Assembly (NCBI GenBank): GCA_949443285.1
Contig: CASSLW010000005.1
Coordinates: 19,588 to 83,587, forward strand
Direction of reading: 5' to 3'
Source: an uncultured Clostridia bacterium
Lineage (GTDB): Bacteria; Bacillota; Clostridia; TANB77; CAG-508
DNA: 64,000 bases
Positions 40,671 through 49,798 of this stretch are shown here, piece by piece; position 1 is the stretch's first letter; each line of letters starts with the position of its first letter. The notes under the pieces are model-generated. The model worked only from the letters and a program-made list of their open reading frames with translations, was not told where the DNA came from and ran no database searches. Made by a program: the position numbers and the translations under genes.

Positions 40671-43600
40671 TTGTTTTAGTTTCATTGATAATAATTTTGA
40701 TATTCCGTTTTCTTCCATTGTTACTCCATATACTGTATCTGCTGCTTCCATTGTTCCCTTTCTATGTGTAATTACTAAGAATTGTGTATTTTCTGAAAAT
40801 TTCTTTAAATATTCTGCAAAACGATATACATTTACATCATCTAAAGCCGCTTCAATTTCGTCTAATACACAGAATGGCGCTGGATTTATTTTTAGTATTG
40901 CAAATAGTAGTGCTATTGCTGTAAATGCTTTTTCTCCTCCTGATAGCAACATCATATTTTGTAATTTTTTTCCTGGTGGTTGTACGTTTATATCTATTCC
41001 GCATTCTAGTATATTTTCTTCGTCTTCTAGTTTTAGTGATGCGTTTCCTCCACCAAATAGTTCTTTGAATACTTCTGCAAAATTCTTGTTTATTATTTCA
41101 AATTGTGTTTTGAATTGTTCTTTCATTGTTATTGTCATATCTGAAATTATTTTTCTTAGTTTTGCCATTGTGTCTTCTAAGTCAACTCTTTGTTCACACA
41201 TAAAGTCGTATCTTTCTTTTAGGTTTTTGTATTCTTCTATTGAATCTACATTTACACTTCCCAATTCTCTTAGTTCTTTTCTTAGGCTGTTTACTTTCTT
41301 TTGGGTCATTGCTACGTTCTCTGGCTTTTTGAATTCTTCTCCAATAGCATTTGGTGTTAATTCGTATTCTTCCCACATTTTGTTTATAATTGCTTGTATG
41401 TCTTCTTCTAATTTTGTTTTCTTTACATCTACTTTTACTATTTGTGCTTTTAAGTCTTCTATTATCTTGAATTTTTCTGTTATTTCATTTTCTTGTTTTG
41501 CTAATTTTTCGTTCTTGTCTATTCTTTCTTGTTTTAAATTTTCTACTTTTGTTCCGCTATTTTTTACTTCTTCTTTTATGTTTTCTATTTTTTCTTGTAT
41601 TTCTTCTATTGATTTTTCTAAGTTAAAGTTTTCTTGTTTTATTTGTTCTATTTGTATGTTTTTGTTTTGTATGCTTTTGTTTGTGTTTTCTATGTCTATG
41701 TTAATTCTTTCTTGTATTTCTTCTATTGATGTTTCGCTTTCGTCAAATGAAGATACTGATATTTTTAAGTTTGTTATGTCAAAGTTTAAGTCATCTACAT
41801 ATTTTTGGTTATCTTTGTTTAGGTCTGCAAATTCGTTTATTATTTTTGTTAGTTTTTCAGTTTCTTCTGTTAATATTTTGATTTCTCCTTCTGTTTTGAT
41901 TTTATTTTCTACTGTTTGTTTCTTTTGTTCTTCTATTGTTGATTGTTCTTGTCTTATTTTTGATAGTCTTTGCTCTATTTTTGCTATGTTTTCTTCAACT
42001 GATACTAACTTTTGTTTTTCTGTTGCATATGTGATGTCTATTTCTTGAAGTTCTCTTTCTAAGCTTGTTGCACCTTCTAAGATATCTTCTATTCCACTTT
42101 CATAATCATCTTTTTCTTTTTCTAGTTTTGCTATTTTTTCTTTTATTGATTTTATTTCTTTTTCTAGTTTTTCAATTTCTCTTCCACGACCTAAAATGTT
42201 TACTGTTTTCTTAGTCACTGAACCACCTGTTATTGCTCCTGAAGGATTTATTACATCTCCGTCAATTGTTATTATTCTAAATGTGTATCCATTTTGTTTT
42301 GCAACTTTTATAGCTGTCTCCATATTGTCAACTATTACAGTTCTTCCTAGTAGGTTTGTTATTATTTGCTCATATTTTTTGCTATATTTTATTAGGTCTG
42401 ATGCAATTCCAATTATTCCTTTTTCGTTTCCTTTTATTCTGTCTATTTTTTTACCTTTTACTGATGTTATTGGTAAAAATGATGCTCTTCCTAAATTATT
42501 TTTTCTTAGATGTTCTACTAGTTTTTTTGCATCTTCTTCTGTTTCTGTAACTATGTTTTGCAAACTTGCTCCTAGGCACATTTCTATTGCTGTTTGATAT
42601 TCCTCTGGTACTTCTATTATGTTTGCAAGTACTCCGTGCATTCCTTTTCCTAGTTCTTTTATGTTTTCACAGTCTTTTAAAAGTGATTTTACACTTTTTA
42701 CATATCCTTCTTTTTCTTTTTCTGTTTCTATCAAAAATTTTAATTTTGATTCTTTTATTCTCATTTCACTTTGATATGTATTTATTGTGTTTTCATATGT
42801 TTTTATTTTTTTGTCTGCTTCTTGTTTCTTTTTATTTATCTCTTCTAAGTTTGCTACAATTTTATTTCTTTTATTGTCAATTTCATAAAAAGCTTTTGCT
42901 ATTTCGTCTTTTACAAGTCTTGTTGCGTCTAATTCTGATATGTTTGTTGCTATTTCATTTTTTATTTGTTTTTGTCTTCTCTCATAGTTTTCGTAATTAA
43001 TGTCTTGTGTGTTGATGTCTGTTTGTAATTCATATTTTTTGTCTATATTTTTTTCTACTTGTGCTTTATTAGCTTCTATTTCTAGCTCTTTTGTTGATAG
43101 CTTGTCCATTATTTTTGCAAGTTCTGTTTCTTTTTCTTGTAGTTCTTTTGCAAATCTTTCTCTATTTTCTTTTAAGTTTGCTTTCTTTTCTTGTTTTTGC
43201 TCATTTTCTTGTTTTAGTTCTTCTAGTTTTTGCTTTGCTTCTTCTATTTCTTTTTCGTATCTTTGGCTATTTTCTTTGTTGTTTTCTATTCTTGTTTTTG
43301 CTACGTTTATGTCTGAGTTTAGCATTTCTATTTCTTTTTGGCTTTCAAATCCAATGTTTGACATTTCTTCTATTTTTATTGTTATTTCGTCTATTTGAGT
43401 TTTTAATTCTTCTTTTAGTTGTTTTATTCTTTCTAGTCTGCCTTCTTCTTCGTTACATTGATTTTTGTAGATTTCTTCGTCTTTTACTATTTCTGTTAGA
43501 CTTTCTTTATATTTTTCTATGTTGTATACAAATAGCCCTATTTCTATGCTTTTTAGTTCTTCTCTTAGGTTTAGATATTTTTTTGCTTTTTCTGCTTGCA

Positions 43601-44219
43601 TTTTTAATGGGTCTATGTTTGTTTCTATTTCTGCTAAAATGTCGTTTATTCTAAGTAAGTTTAGCTTTGTTCTTTCTAGCTTTTTCTCTGATTCTTGTTT
43701 TCTTGTTCTGTATTTTACTATTCCTGCTGCCTCTTCAAAAATATTTCTTCTATCTTCTGATTTGTTACTTAAAATTTCGTCTATTTTTCCTTGCCCTATT
43801 ATTGAGTAGCCGTCTTTTCCTATTCCTGTGTCCATAAATAGTTCTAGTACGTCTTTTAGTCTGCATGGTACTTTGTTTATAAAGTAGCCTGTTTCTCCGC
43901 TTCTGTATATTTTTCTTGTTACAGTTACTTCTGTGTATTCTATTGGTAGGGCTCCGTCTGCGTTGTCAAATACTAATGATGCTTCTGCAAATCCTAATGA
44001 TTTTCTGCTTTGTGTTCCTGCAAATATTATATCTAATGATTTTGTTCCTCTTAATGATTTCATGCTTTGTTCTCCAAGCACCCATCTTATACTGTCTGAT
44101 ATATTGCTTTTTCCTGAACCGTTTGGCCCTATTACGCTTGTTATTCCTGGCATGAATTCTAATACTGTTTTATCTGCAAACGATTTAAATCCTTGTAATT
44201 CTAGTCTTTTTAAATACAT
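40668..44219 (-). CDS. smc: chromosome segregation protein SMC
   Basis: MYLKRLELQGFKSFADKT..GPNGSGKSN, long coiled coils, a hinge, and C-terminal LSGGEKAFTAIALLFA..LDEIEAALD. Confidence 0.96.
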   Translation of the reverse strand: MYLKRLELQGFKSFADKTVLEFMPGITSVIGPNGSGKSNISDSIRWVLGEQSMKSLRGTKSLDIIFAGTQSRKSLGFAEASLVFDNADGALPIEYTEVTVTRKIYRSGETGYFINKVPCRLKDVLELFMDTGIGKDGYSIIGQGKIDEILSNKSEDRRNIFEEAAGIVKYRTRKQESEKKLERTKLNLLRINDILAEIETNIDPLKMQAEKAKKYLNLREELKSIEIGLFVYNIEKYKESLTEIVKDEEIYKNQCNEEEGRLERIKQLKEELKTQIDEITIKIEEMSNIGFESQKEIEMLNSDINVAKTRIENNKENSQRYEKEIEEAKQKLEELKQENEQKQEKKANLKENRERFAKELQEKETELAKIMDKLSTKELEIEANKAQVEKNIDKKYELQTDINTQDINYENYERRQKQIKNEIATNISELDATRLVKDEIAKAFYEIDNKRNKIVANLEEINKKKQEADKKIKTYENTINTYQSEMRIKESKLKFLIETEKEKEGYVKSVKSLLKDCENIKELGKGMHGVLANIIEVPEEYQTAIEMCLGASLQNIVTETEEDAKKLVEHLRKNNLGRASFLPITSVKGKKIDRIKGNEKGIIGIASDLIKYSKKYEQIITNLLGRTVIVDNMETAIKVAKQNGYTFRIITIDGDVINPSGAITGGSVTKKTVNILGRGREIEKLEKEIKSIKEKIAKLEKEKDDYESGIEDILEGATSLERELQEIDITYATEKQKLVSVEENIAKIEQRLSKIRQEQSTIEEQKKQTVENKIKTEGEIKILTEETEKLTKIINEFADLNKDNQKYVDDLNFDITNLKISVSSFDESETSIEEIQERINIDIENTNKSIQNKNIQIEQIKQENFNLEKSIEEIQEKIENIKEEVKNSGTKVENLKQERIDKNEKLAKQENEITEKFKIIEDLKAQIVKVDVKKTKLEEDIQAIINKMWEEYELTPNAIGEEFKKPENVAMTQKKVNSLRKELRELGSVNVDSIEEYKNLKERYDFMCEQRVDLEDTMAKLRKIISDMTITMKEQFKTQFEIINKNFAEVFKELFGGGNASLKLEDEENILECGIDINVQPPGKKLQNMMLLSGGEKAFTAIALLFAILKINPAPFCVLDEIEAALDDVNVYRFAEYLKKFSENTQFLVITHRKGTMEAADTVYGVTMEENGISKLLSMKLKQ

Positions 44220-44316
44220 TTATTATCACCTTTACGTTTTGTTTTCTTACCTAGTTTATACTATTTTCGACTTTTTGTAAAGTTTATTTTGCTTATTTAT
44301 TTACTTGCATTTTTTA

Positions 44317-44709
44317 TTATTTTCTATTTCTTACAATCCTTTTTTCTTTTTTAAAATCTATTCCAGCTATTATTTCTGCAACATTATATATCAGTTTTTG
44401 TTTTTCTGGTGTGCACCCTTTTAATACGTTTTTTATTTTCTCACCCCAATATGTTTCTACTCCTATCGTTTCTGAGCTTGTCCCTGATATTAATTCACCT
44501 ACATCAACTTCAAGTACTTCTGCTATTACCATTAGTCTTTCTATATTGACTGGTGTTTTACCTCTTTCTACTCTGCTTAAATATGCTATTGATATATTCA
44601 TTGTTTCTGCTAATCTTTCTTGTGTAATATTTCTTTCTCTTCTTTTTTCTTTTATTCTTCTTCCTATTGCTTCATAGTCTACGTTTGAAATTTCTGTGTC
44701 TGTTGGCAT
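44317..44709 (-). CDS. XRE-family HTH transcriptional regulator
   Basis: IGRRIKEKRRERNITQERLAETMNISIAYLSRVERGKT. Confidence 0.75.
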   Translation of the reverse strand: MPTDTEISNVDYEAIGRRIKEKRRERNITQERLAETMNISIAYLSRVERGKTPVNIERLMVIAEVLEVDVGELISGTSSETIGVETYWGEKIKNVLKGCTPEKQKLIYNVAEIIAGIDFKKEKRIVRNRK

Positions 44710-44862
44710 TTTTCCAACCCCTTTCTCTCTATATCATACAATAAATCTTAACATATAAGACAATAGGTGTCAAAACAATTATTGTCCTATATGTCAATAT
44801 TTATTATAAAATCCTTTCAATTGCTCCTTTTTATTCTTTTATTCAAACTTTTTCATTTTTTA

Positions 44863-45879
44863 TTATTTTGCTTGTTCTGCATATTTATTGTTTATTATTT
44901 TGTCATATGGCGTACTTTGTTGTAATTCCCCTGCTTGTGTCATTACTTCTTGTAGTCTATCAAATGCTTCTTTCTTTAACACTGGTGTTTCGTTCCAAGC
45001 ATCTATATCCATATAACTTTGTACTGCTGTTGCTAATTGTTCTACATCTGTACTTGGGAAGAAACTTTTTATTGCTTCTGCAATTTCTTTACTTGAGTGC
45101 TCTTTTACCCATTTTTGACCTTTGTATATTGCGTTTGTAAATTTTTGAATTGTGTCCTCATTGTTTGCTATATAACTTTTTTTAGCAAAATATGCTGTGT
45201 ATGGGATTTCTCCTGATGCTTCTCCTACTGATGCTACTATATACCCTTTTCCTTGTTCTTCTGTTGCTGATGCTGTTGGTTCAAATAGTGTTACATAGTC
45301 TGCACTTCCACTTGAGAATGCTCCTGCCATTAAGTCAAATTTAATACTATCATCTAGTACTAAATCTGTACTTGGATTAAGTCCATTTTTTCTTAGTACA
45401 TATTCAAATGTCATATATGGCACTCCGCCTTTTCTTCCTGGAATTATTGTTTTTCCTTTTAAATCTTGCCAGCTAAAATTGTCTGTATCATTTCTTGCAA
45501 CTAAGAAAGAACCGTCTTTTTTAGTCATTTGTGCAAACACTTGACAGTAGTCTTCTTTTCCTTCGTTATATACATATATTGAAGCTTCTGGTCCAGCAAA
45601 TCCTATATCACATTGGTTACTTAATACTGCTGTCATAACCGCATCTGCTCCTTGGCCTGTTGATAGTTCTATGTCTAATCCATTCTCTTTGAAAAATCCT
45701 TGATTTATCGCTACATATTGTGGAGCATAGAATACTGAACGAGTTACCTCGTTTACTTTTATTAGTTTTGCTTCTTCTGTAGTTGTTTCGCTTTTGTTTG
45801 TTTTTACACTAATTATACCTATTACAACTAAGGCTATTACAATAATTGTAATTACACTTATAATTATTTTGTTTTTCAA
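44863..45879 (-). CDS. ABC transporter substrate-binding protein, NMT1/THI5-like
   Basis: N-terminal anchor, then YAPQYVAINQGFFKENGLDIEL..GQGADAVMTAVLSNQCDIGFAGPE. Confidence 0.78.
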   Translation of the reverse strand: MKNKIIISVITIIVIALVVIGIISVKTNKSETTTEEAKLIKVNEVTRSVFYAPQYVAINQGFFKENGLDIELSTGQGADAVMTAVLSNQCDIGFAGPEASIYVYNEGKEDYCQVFAQMTKKDGSFLVARNDTDNFSWQDLKGKTIIPGRKGGVPYMTFEYVLRKNGLNPSTDLVLDDSIKFDLMAGAFSSGSADYVTLFEPTASATEEQGKGYIVASVGEASGEIPYTAYFAKKSYIANNEDTIQKFTNAIYKGQKWVKEHSSKEIAEAIKSFFPSTDVEQLATAVQSYMDIDAWNETPVLKKEAFDRLQEVMTQAGELQQSTPYDKIINNKYAEQAK

Positions 45880-45918
45880 AATCTCTCCTCCTTTTATTTT
45901 ACCAAGCGTTCTTTTGGT

Positions 45919-46730
45919 TTATTTATATTTTTTTGATTTTAGGATAAATTTTTCAAGTAGTAATACTGCTAAATACATTAGGCCTGCTACAATTCCTAAT
46001 ATAATTACACTTGTCATAACTAAATCTAATTTGAACACCTGACCTCCATATACAATTAAATATCCGAAGTCCTGCTTTTGATACTAAAAACTCTCCTGAT
46101 ATTACTCCTACTAATGAAAGTCCTATATTTACTTTTAGTGAATTTATAAATGTTGATAAATTTGCTGGTATGATAATTTTTCTTAAGATTTGAAATTTAG
46201 TTGCTTTAAATGTTTTTGCCATTTTTATTACTTCTTTATCAGTTTTTAAAAATCCATTTAAGTTTTCCAAAATTGTTACTATTAATGATATTGCAATTGC
46301 CATTACAATTATTGCTGGAGTACCTGCTCCTACCCAAATTATTATAATTGGTCCGCAAAGCTACTTTTGGCAAGCTATTTAATATAACTAAATATGGTTC
46401 TGCAACATCTGATAAAAAATCTGACCACCATAGAATAATTGCAATTAGTATTCCAATTAATGTTCCTAGTAAAAACCCTACTACTGTTTCATAAACTGTA
46501 ACTCCTATGTGCATCATCAAGTCATTTGATTGTAAATTCATAAAAGTTTGTAAAATTCTACTTGGTTGACTTGTTATAAAGCTGTCTATAATTCCTTGGT
46601 TTGCTGCAATTTCCCATATTGCTAAAAATGCTACTAATATTAATATTTGCGCAAATAGTACCAGATATTTTCTACTTTTTTTGCCTTTTAAATATTTTTT
46701 TCTTTCTTCTGAAACAATTAACTTATTCAT
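45919..46730 (-). CDS. ABC transporter permease (nitrate/sulfonate/taurine type), interrupted at two in-frame CGG-A sites (46353-46355 and 46064-46066)
   Basis: Restored sequence: ..[49 protein letters not shown]..*. The true stop is at 45919-45921. Confidence 0.8.
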
Positions 46731-47490
46731 CTACTCCCAACTCCTTCCATAAGGTATTGAAATACTTACTAAATTTGGGATTTTCTCTTGTGTTAATTGG
46801 TGTTCTGTTTTCTGTTTCAAAATCAATTTTGCAAATATCTTTTACTGTCCCTGGTCTTTTGCTTAAAACTAACACTCTATCAGACATACTTATTGCTTCT
46901 GATATATCGTGTGTAACTATTAGTGCTGTTATTTTTTCTTTTCTTAATATTGAATAGATGTCGTTTGTTACCATTATTCTTGTTTGATAGTCTAAGGCTG
47001 AAAATGCTTCATCTAATAGTAATAGCTTTGGCTTTACTGCAAGTGTTCTAATTAAGGCTACTCTTTGTCTCATTCCTCCTGATAACTCAGACGGATATTT
47101 GTCTTTAAATTCATATAGGTTATATTTTTTTAGTAAACTTTCTACATATTCTCTACTTTCTTTGTCTTTTTTTCCTTTTACTTCTAATCCAAACATTGTG
47201 TTACTTAAAATATTTCGCCATTCTAACAAACAGTCTCTTTGTAACATATATCCAATTTTAGAAGAAGGACCATCTACTTTTTCTCCATCTATGTAGATTT
47301 CTCCAGTTGTTTTTTCTTCTAACCCCGCTATTATTGAAAGTAGTGTTGATTTTCCACACCCACTTGGTCCTATAATGCTGACAAATTCGCCTTGATTTAC
47401 TCTAAAATTTACTCCATTTAGTGCAATTACTTCGCCTTCTTTGTTTTGGTATTTTTTGCTGATGTTTTTTACTTCTAATACTTTTTCCAT
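46723..47490 (-). CDS. ABC transporter ATP-binding protein
   Basis: GPSGCGKST, LSGGMRQRVALIR, LLLDEAFSALD. The start at 47488-47490 follows AAGGAGG. Confidence 0.9.
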   Translation of the reverse strand: MEKVLEVKNISKKYQNKEGEVIALNGVNFRVNQGEFVSIIGPSGCGKSTLLSIIAGLEEKTTGEIYIDGEKVDGPSSKIGYMLQRDCLLEWRNILSNTMFGLEVKGKKDKESREYVESLLKKYNLYEFKDKYPSELSGGMRQRVALIRTLAVKPKLLLLDEAFSALDYQTRIMVTNDIYSILRKEKITALIVTHDISEAISMSDRVLVLSKRPGTVKDICKIDFETENRTPINTRENPKFSKYFNTLWKELGVDE

Positions 47491-47587
47491 TGTTTTCCTC
47501 CTTGTCATTTATCCTACAATATCTTATGTAAAATAAACTAAAGAAGTTCTTTTTTCGCTCTTGATTTTTATATTTAATTGTTTAATG

Positions 47588-48175
47588 CTATTCTATTACT
47601 TCACTTTCAGGTTCGTCTGTTTCTATCACATTTATTTGTATATCAATTTTGTAATTTTCTAATACACTTGTACCGATTGTCTTTTCTCTATTTTTCTTTT
47701 TCGCACTCCACGGTTCTTGCCCTGTGTATATGACTATTGGTACTACTTTGGGATAATTTGTTTTCGAATTAAATCTTCTTTTTCTGCTCCAATCATATAT
47801 GATATCAATACAATAATTTAAAATTTTGTAGTCGATTGTGCTGTCGATAAAATCTAAATGTTCAATTAAGAAAAATGTTTCTGTGTTTTTGTGCCTGTAT
47901 ATAATTGGCAATTCAATGTCTTGATATTTTCGTTTCATGTATTTACTTGTGTATCTTTCTAACTCTTCTTGTTTTATTTTCTCTTTGCCTTTTAGATGTT
48001 TGTTAATAAATTCTACAGCTTCTTTTTTATCTTCTAATATCATTTTTATTATTGATTTTTTCTTTGGTTCTTTTCCTATGTCATAACTTGCACTTTCTTC
48101 TGCAACTTGAAAAATTGCATTTAATCTTAATTTGTGTATGCAATCGATATAATCTTTGTATGTAAAGACCTTCAA
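47588..48175 (-). CDS. Rpn-family (YhgA-like, PD-(D/E)XK) nuclease, N-terminal domain only
   Basis: IIYRHKNTETFFLIEHLDFIDSTIDYKILNY..VVPIVIYTGQEPW pattern. At 195 aa it is shorter than the ~300 aa typical of the family. Confidence 0.55.
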   Translation of the reverse strand: MKVFTYKDYIDCIHKLRLNAIFQVAEESASYDIGKEPKKKSIIKMILEDKKEAVEFINKHLKGKEKIKQEELERYTSKYMKRKYQDIELPIIYRHKNTETFFLIEHLDFIDSTIDYKILNYCIDIIYDWSRKRRFNSKTNYPKVVPIVIYTGQEPWSAKKKNREKTIGTSVLENYKIDIQINVIETDEPESEVIE

Positions 48176-48345
48176 TGTTCTCCTCCTTATTAAATTGTTT
48201 GTTTTGGATTTTTATTTTCGAATTGAATTTCGAATTAAATCTAGATTTGAATTAAAATTTTATTAATAAAACTATTATTATTAAAACACAAAATGGAAGA
48301 AATTTCAATATATTTCTCCCATTTTCTTCAACTTTTCATCGCAAA

Positions 48346-48384
48346 ATTCGACAATTTTCGACACCAGTGTCCATTGGGACACAT
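48346..48384. repeat. degenerate GTCCC hairpin element (copy I)
   Basis: ttcgacaattttcgacaccagtgtccattgggacac, with a gtgtcc/ggacac stem. Confidence 0.45.
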
Positions 48385-48389
48385 CTATC

Positions 48390-48887
48390 TTATTTAAAGT
48401 AACTGCTTATTTCTTCTAAGTTTTCAAAATTCTTTTGTCTTAGTATCTCAAATGCTACTATTGCTACTGAGTTTGATAGGTTTAGAGACCTTAATGTTTC
48501 TCTCATTGGTATTCTTATTGTTTGTCCGATGTATTTTTGTAAGATTTCTTTTGGTAATCCTTTTGTTTCTTTTCCAAATAATATAAATACTTCGTCCATT
48601 TGGCTGTAGTCTGGCTCTGAGTATACGTGTTTTCCCTTTGTTGTTGCAAAGTACATGTTGTTTTCTTCTACTTTGTATTTTTCTAAAAATTCTTTAAATG
48701 ATTGGTGTTCTTCTATTTCTACTTTGTCCCAGTAGTCTAGTCCTGCTCTTCTTATTGCTTTTTCTGATATGTCAAATCCTAGTGGGTGTACTAGGTGTAG
48801 TTTGGCTCCTATTGCTGCGCATGTTCTTGCTATGTTTCCTGTGTTTTGTGGTATTTCTGGTTCTACCATTACTATGTTTATTTTCAT
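48390..48887 (-). CDS. trmL: tRNA (cytidine/uridine-2'-O)-methyltransferase TrmL (SpoU family)
   Basis: IVMVEPEIPQNTGNIARTCAAIGAKLHLVHPLGF..AGLDYW..NLSNSVAI. Confidence 0.85.
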   Translation of the reverse strand: MKINIVMVEPEIPQNTGNIARTCAAIGAKLHLVHPLGFDISEKAIRRAGLDYWDKVEIEEHQSFKEFLEKYKVEENNMYFATTKGKHVYSEPDYSQMDEVFILFGKETKGLPKEILQKYIGQTIRIPMRETLRSLNLSNSVAIVAFEILRQKNFENLEEISSYFK

Positions 48888-48901
48888 TTTTATCCTTCTT
48901 T

Positions 48902-49699
48902 CTACATTTTAGTATTCAATTTTTGCCTTACATACTCATACAAAATAATCCCTGTTGCAACTGATGCATTCAGGCTCTCTGTCTTTCCAAGCATAGGTAT
49001 TTTGATTTTCTCATCTGCCATTTTTTGAATATGTTGCTCCACACCATTTGCTTCATTTCCAATTACTACTGCTTTTTTCTTATACTTAATATCATATACA
49101 CTATTTTCTGTTTGTAGAGAAGATACCACAACTTTAAATCCATTTTCTTTTACATCTTTCAATGTTTCTGCTAAATCTTCACACTCTATTATCTTTATTC
49201 TGAATATTGCACCCATTGTTGAACGCACTACTTTTGGATTGTATACGTCCGCTGTTCCCTTTGATACAAGTATTTGCGTTGCTCCAATACTATCGACTGT
49301 TCTTAGTATTGTTCCTAAGTTTCCTGGGTCTTGTACATCGTCTAACGCCACTATTATTTCTTCTTCATAATTGATTTTTTTGTCTTCGTTATTTTTTCCA
49401 ATAACTGCTAGTATTCCTTGTGGTGCTTGTACTTCTGATATTATTTTGAATATTTTGTTTGTTACATATATGCATTGGTATTTAGCTATTTCATACATTA
49501 GCTCTTTGCTTATGTTTTCTGCTTTTTCACAGTCTTCGCATATTATGATTTGTTTGATTTTTGCTTTTTCTTGTATTGCTTCTCCTACTATTTTTATTCC
49601 TTCTATTATATATTCGTTGTTTTGGTCTCTGTATTTTTTGTCTTTTAGTTTTTTTATGTGTTTTATAAGTTCATTGTCTTTACTTGATATTATTTGCAT
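48902..49699 (-). CDS. TrmH/SpoU-family RNA 2'-O-methyltransferase
   Basis: N-terminal substrate-binding domain plus ALDDVQDPGNLGTILRT..GNEANGV..ESLNASVA. Confidence 0.78.
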   Translation of the reverse strand: MQIISSKDNELIKHIKKLKDKKYRDQNNEYIIEGIKIVGEAIQEKAKIKQIIICEDCEKAENISKELMYEIAKYQCIYVTNKIFKIISEVQAPQGILAVIGKNNEDKKINYEEEIIVALDDVQDPGNLGTILRTVDSIGATQILVSKGTADVYNPKVVRSTMGAIFRIKIIECEDLAETLKDVKENGFKVVVSSLQTENSVYDIKYKKKAVVIGNEANGVEQHIQKMADEKIKIPMLGKTESLNASVATGIILYEYVRQKLNTKM

Positions 49700-49729
49700 T
49701 TTGTTTCAGCCCTTTCTTTTTTACATTTT

Positions 49730-49798
49730 GATGCATTTTGGGACGCTCCTAAAATGCATCATCATATGATGTTTTTTTGCTCCGTCCCCAAAAACATC
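49730..49798. repeat. GTCCCC-core element (copy J): two adjacent loop-core hairpins overlapping the mfd 3' end
   Basis: gatgcatttt gggacgctcct aaaatgcatc, then gatgttttt ttgctccgtcccc aaaaacatc. Confidence 0.75.

Noticed and set aside
40630-42048. A 472-aa plus-strand ORF, along with many other long plus-strand ORFs (for example 5211-5879, 27316-28092, 38012-38755, 34711-35295, 43091-43654).
   Set aside because: They lie antisense to well-supported minus-strand genes (smc, the ATPase, the DGR target and others). Their products are low-complexity F/L/S/I/C-rich strings with no motifs. These are shadow ORFs typical of AT-rich DNA.
47509-47587. A TPP or other riboswitch upstream of the NMT1/THI5-type ABC operon.
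   Set aside because: The leader is only ~80 nt, and no conserved riboswitch core (for example CUGAGA for TPP) is visible.
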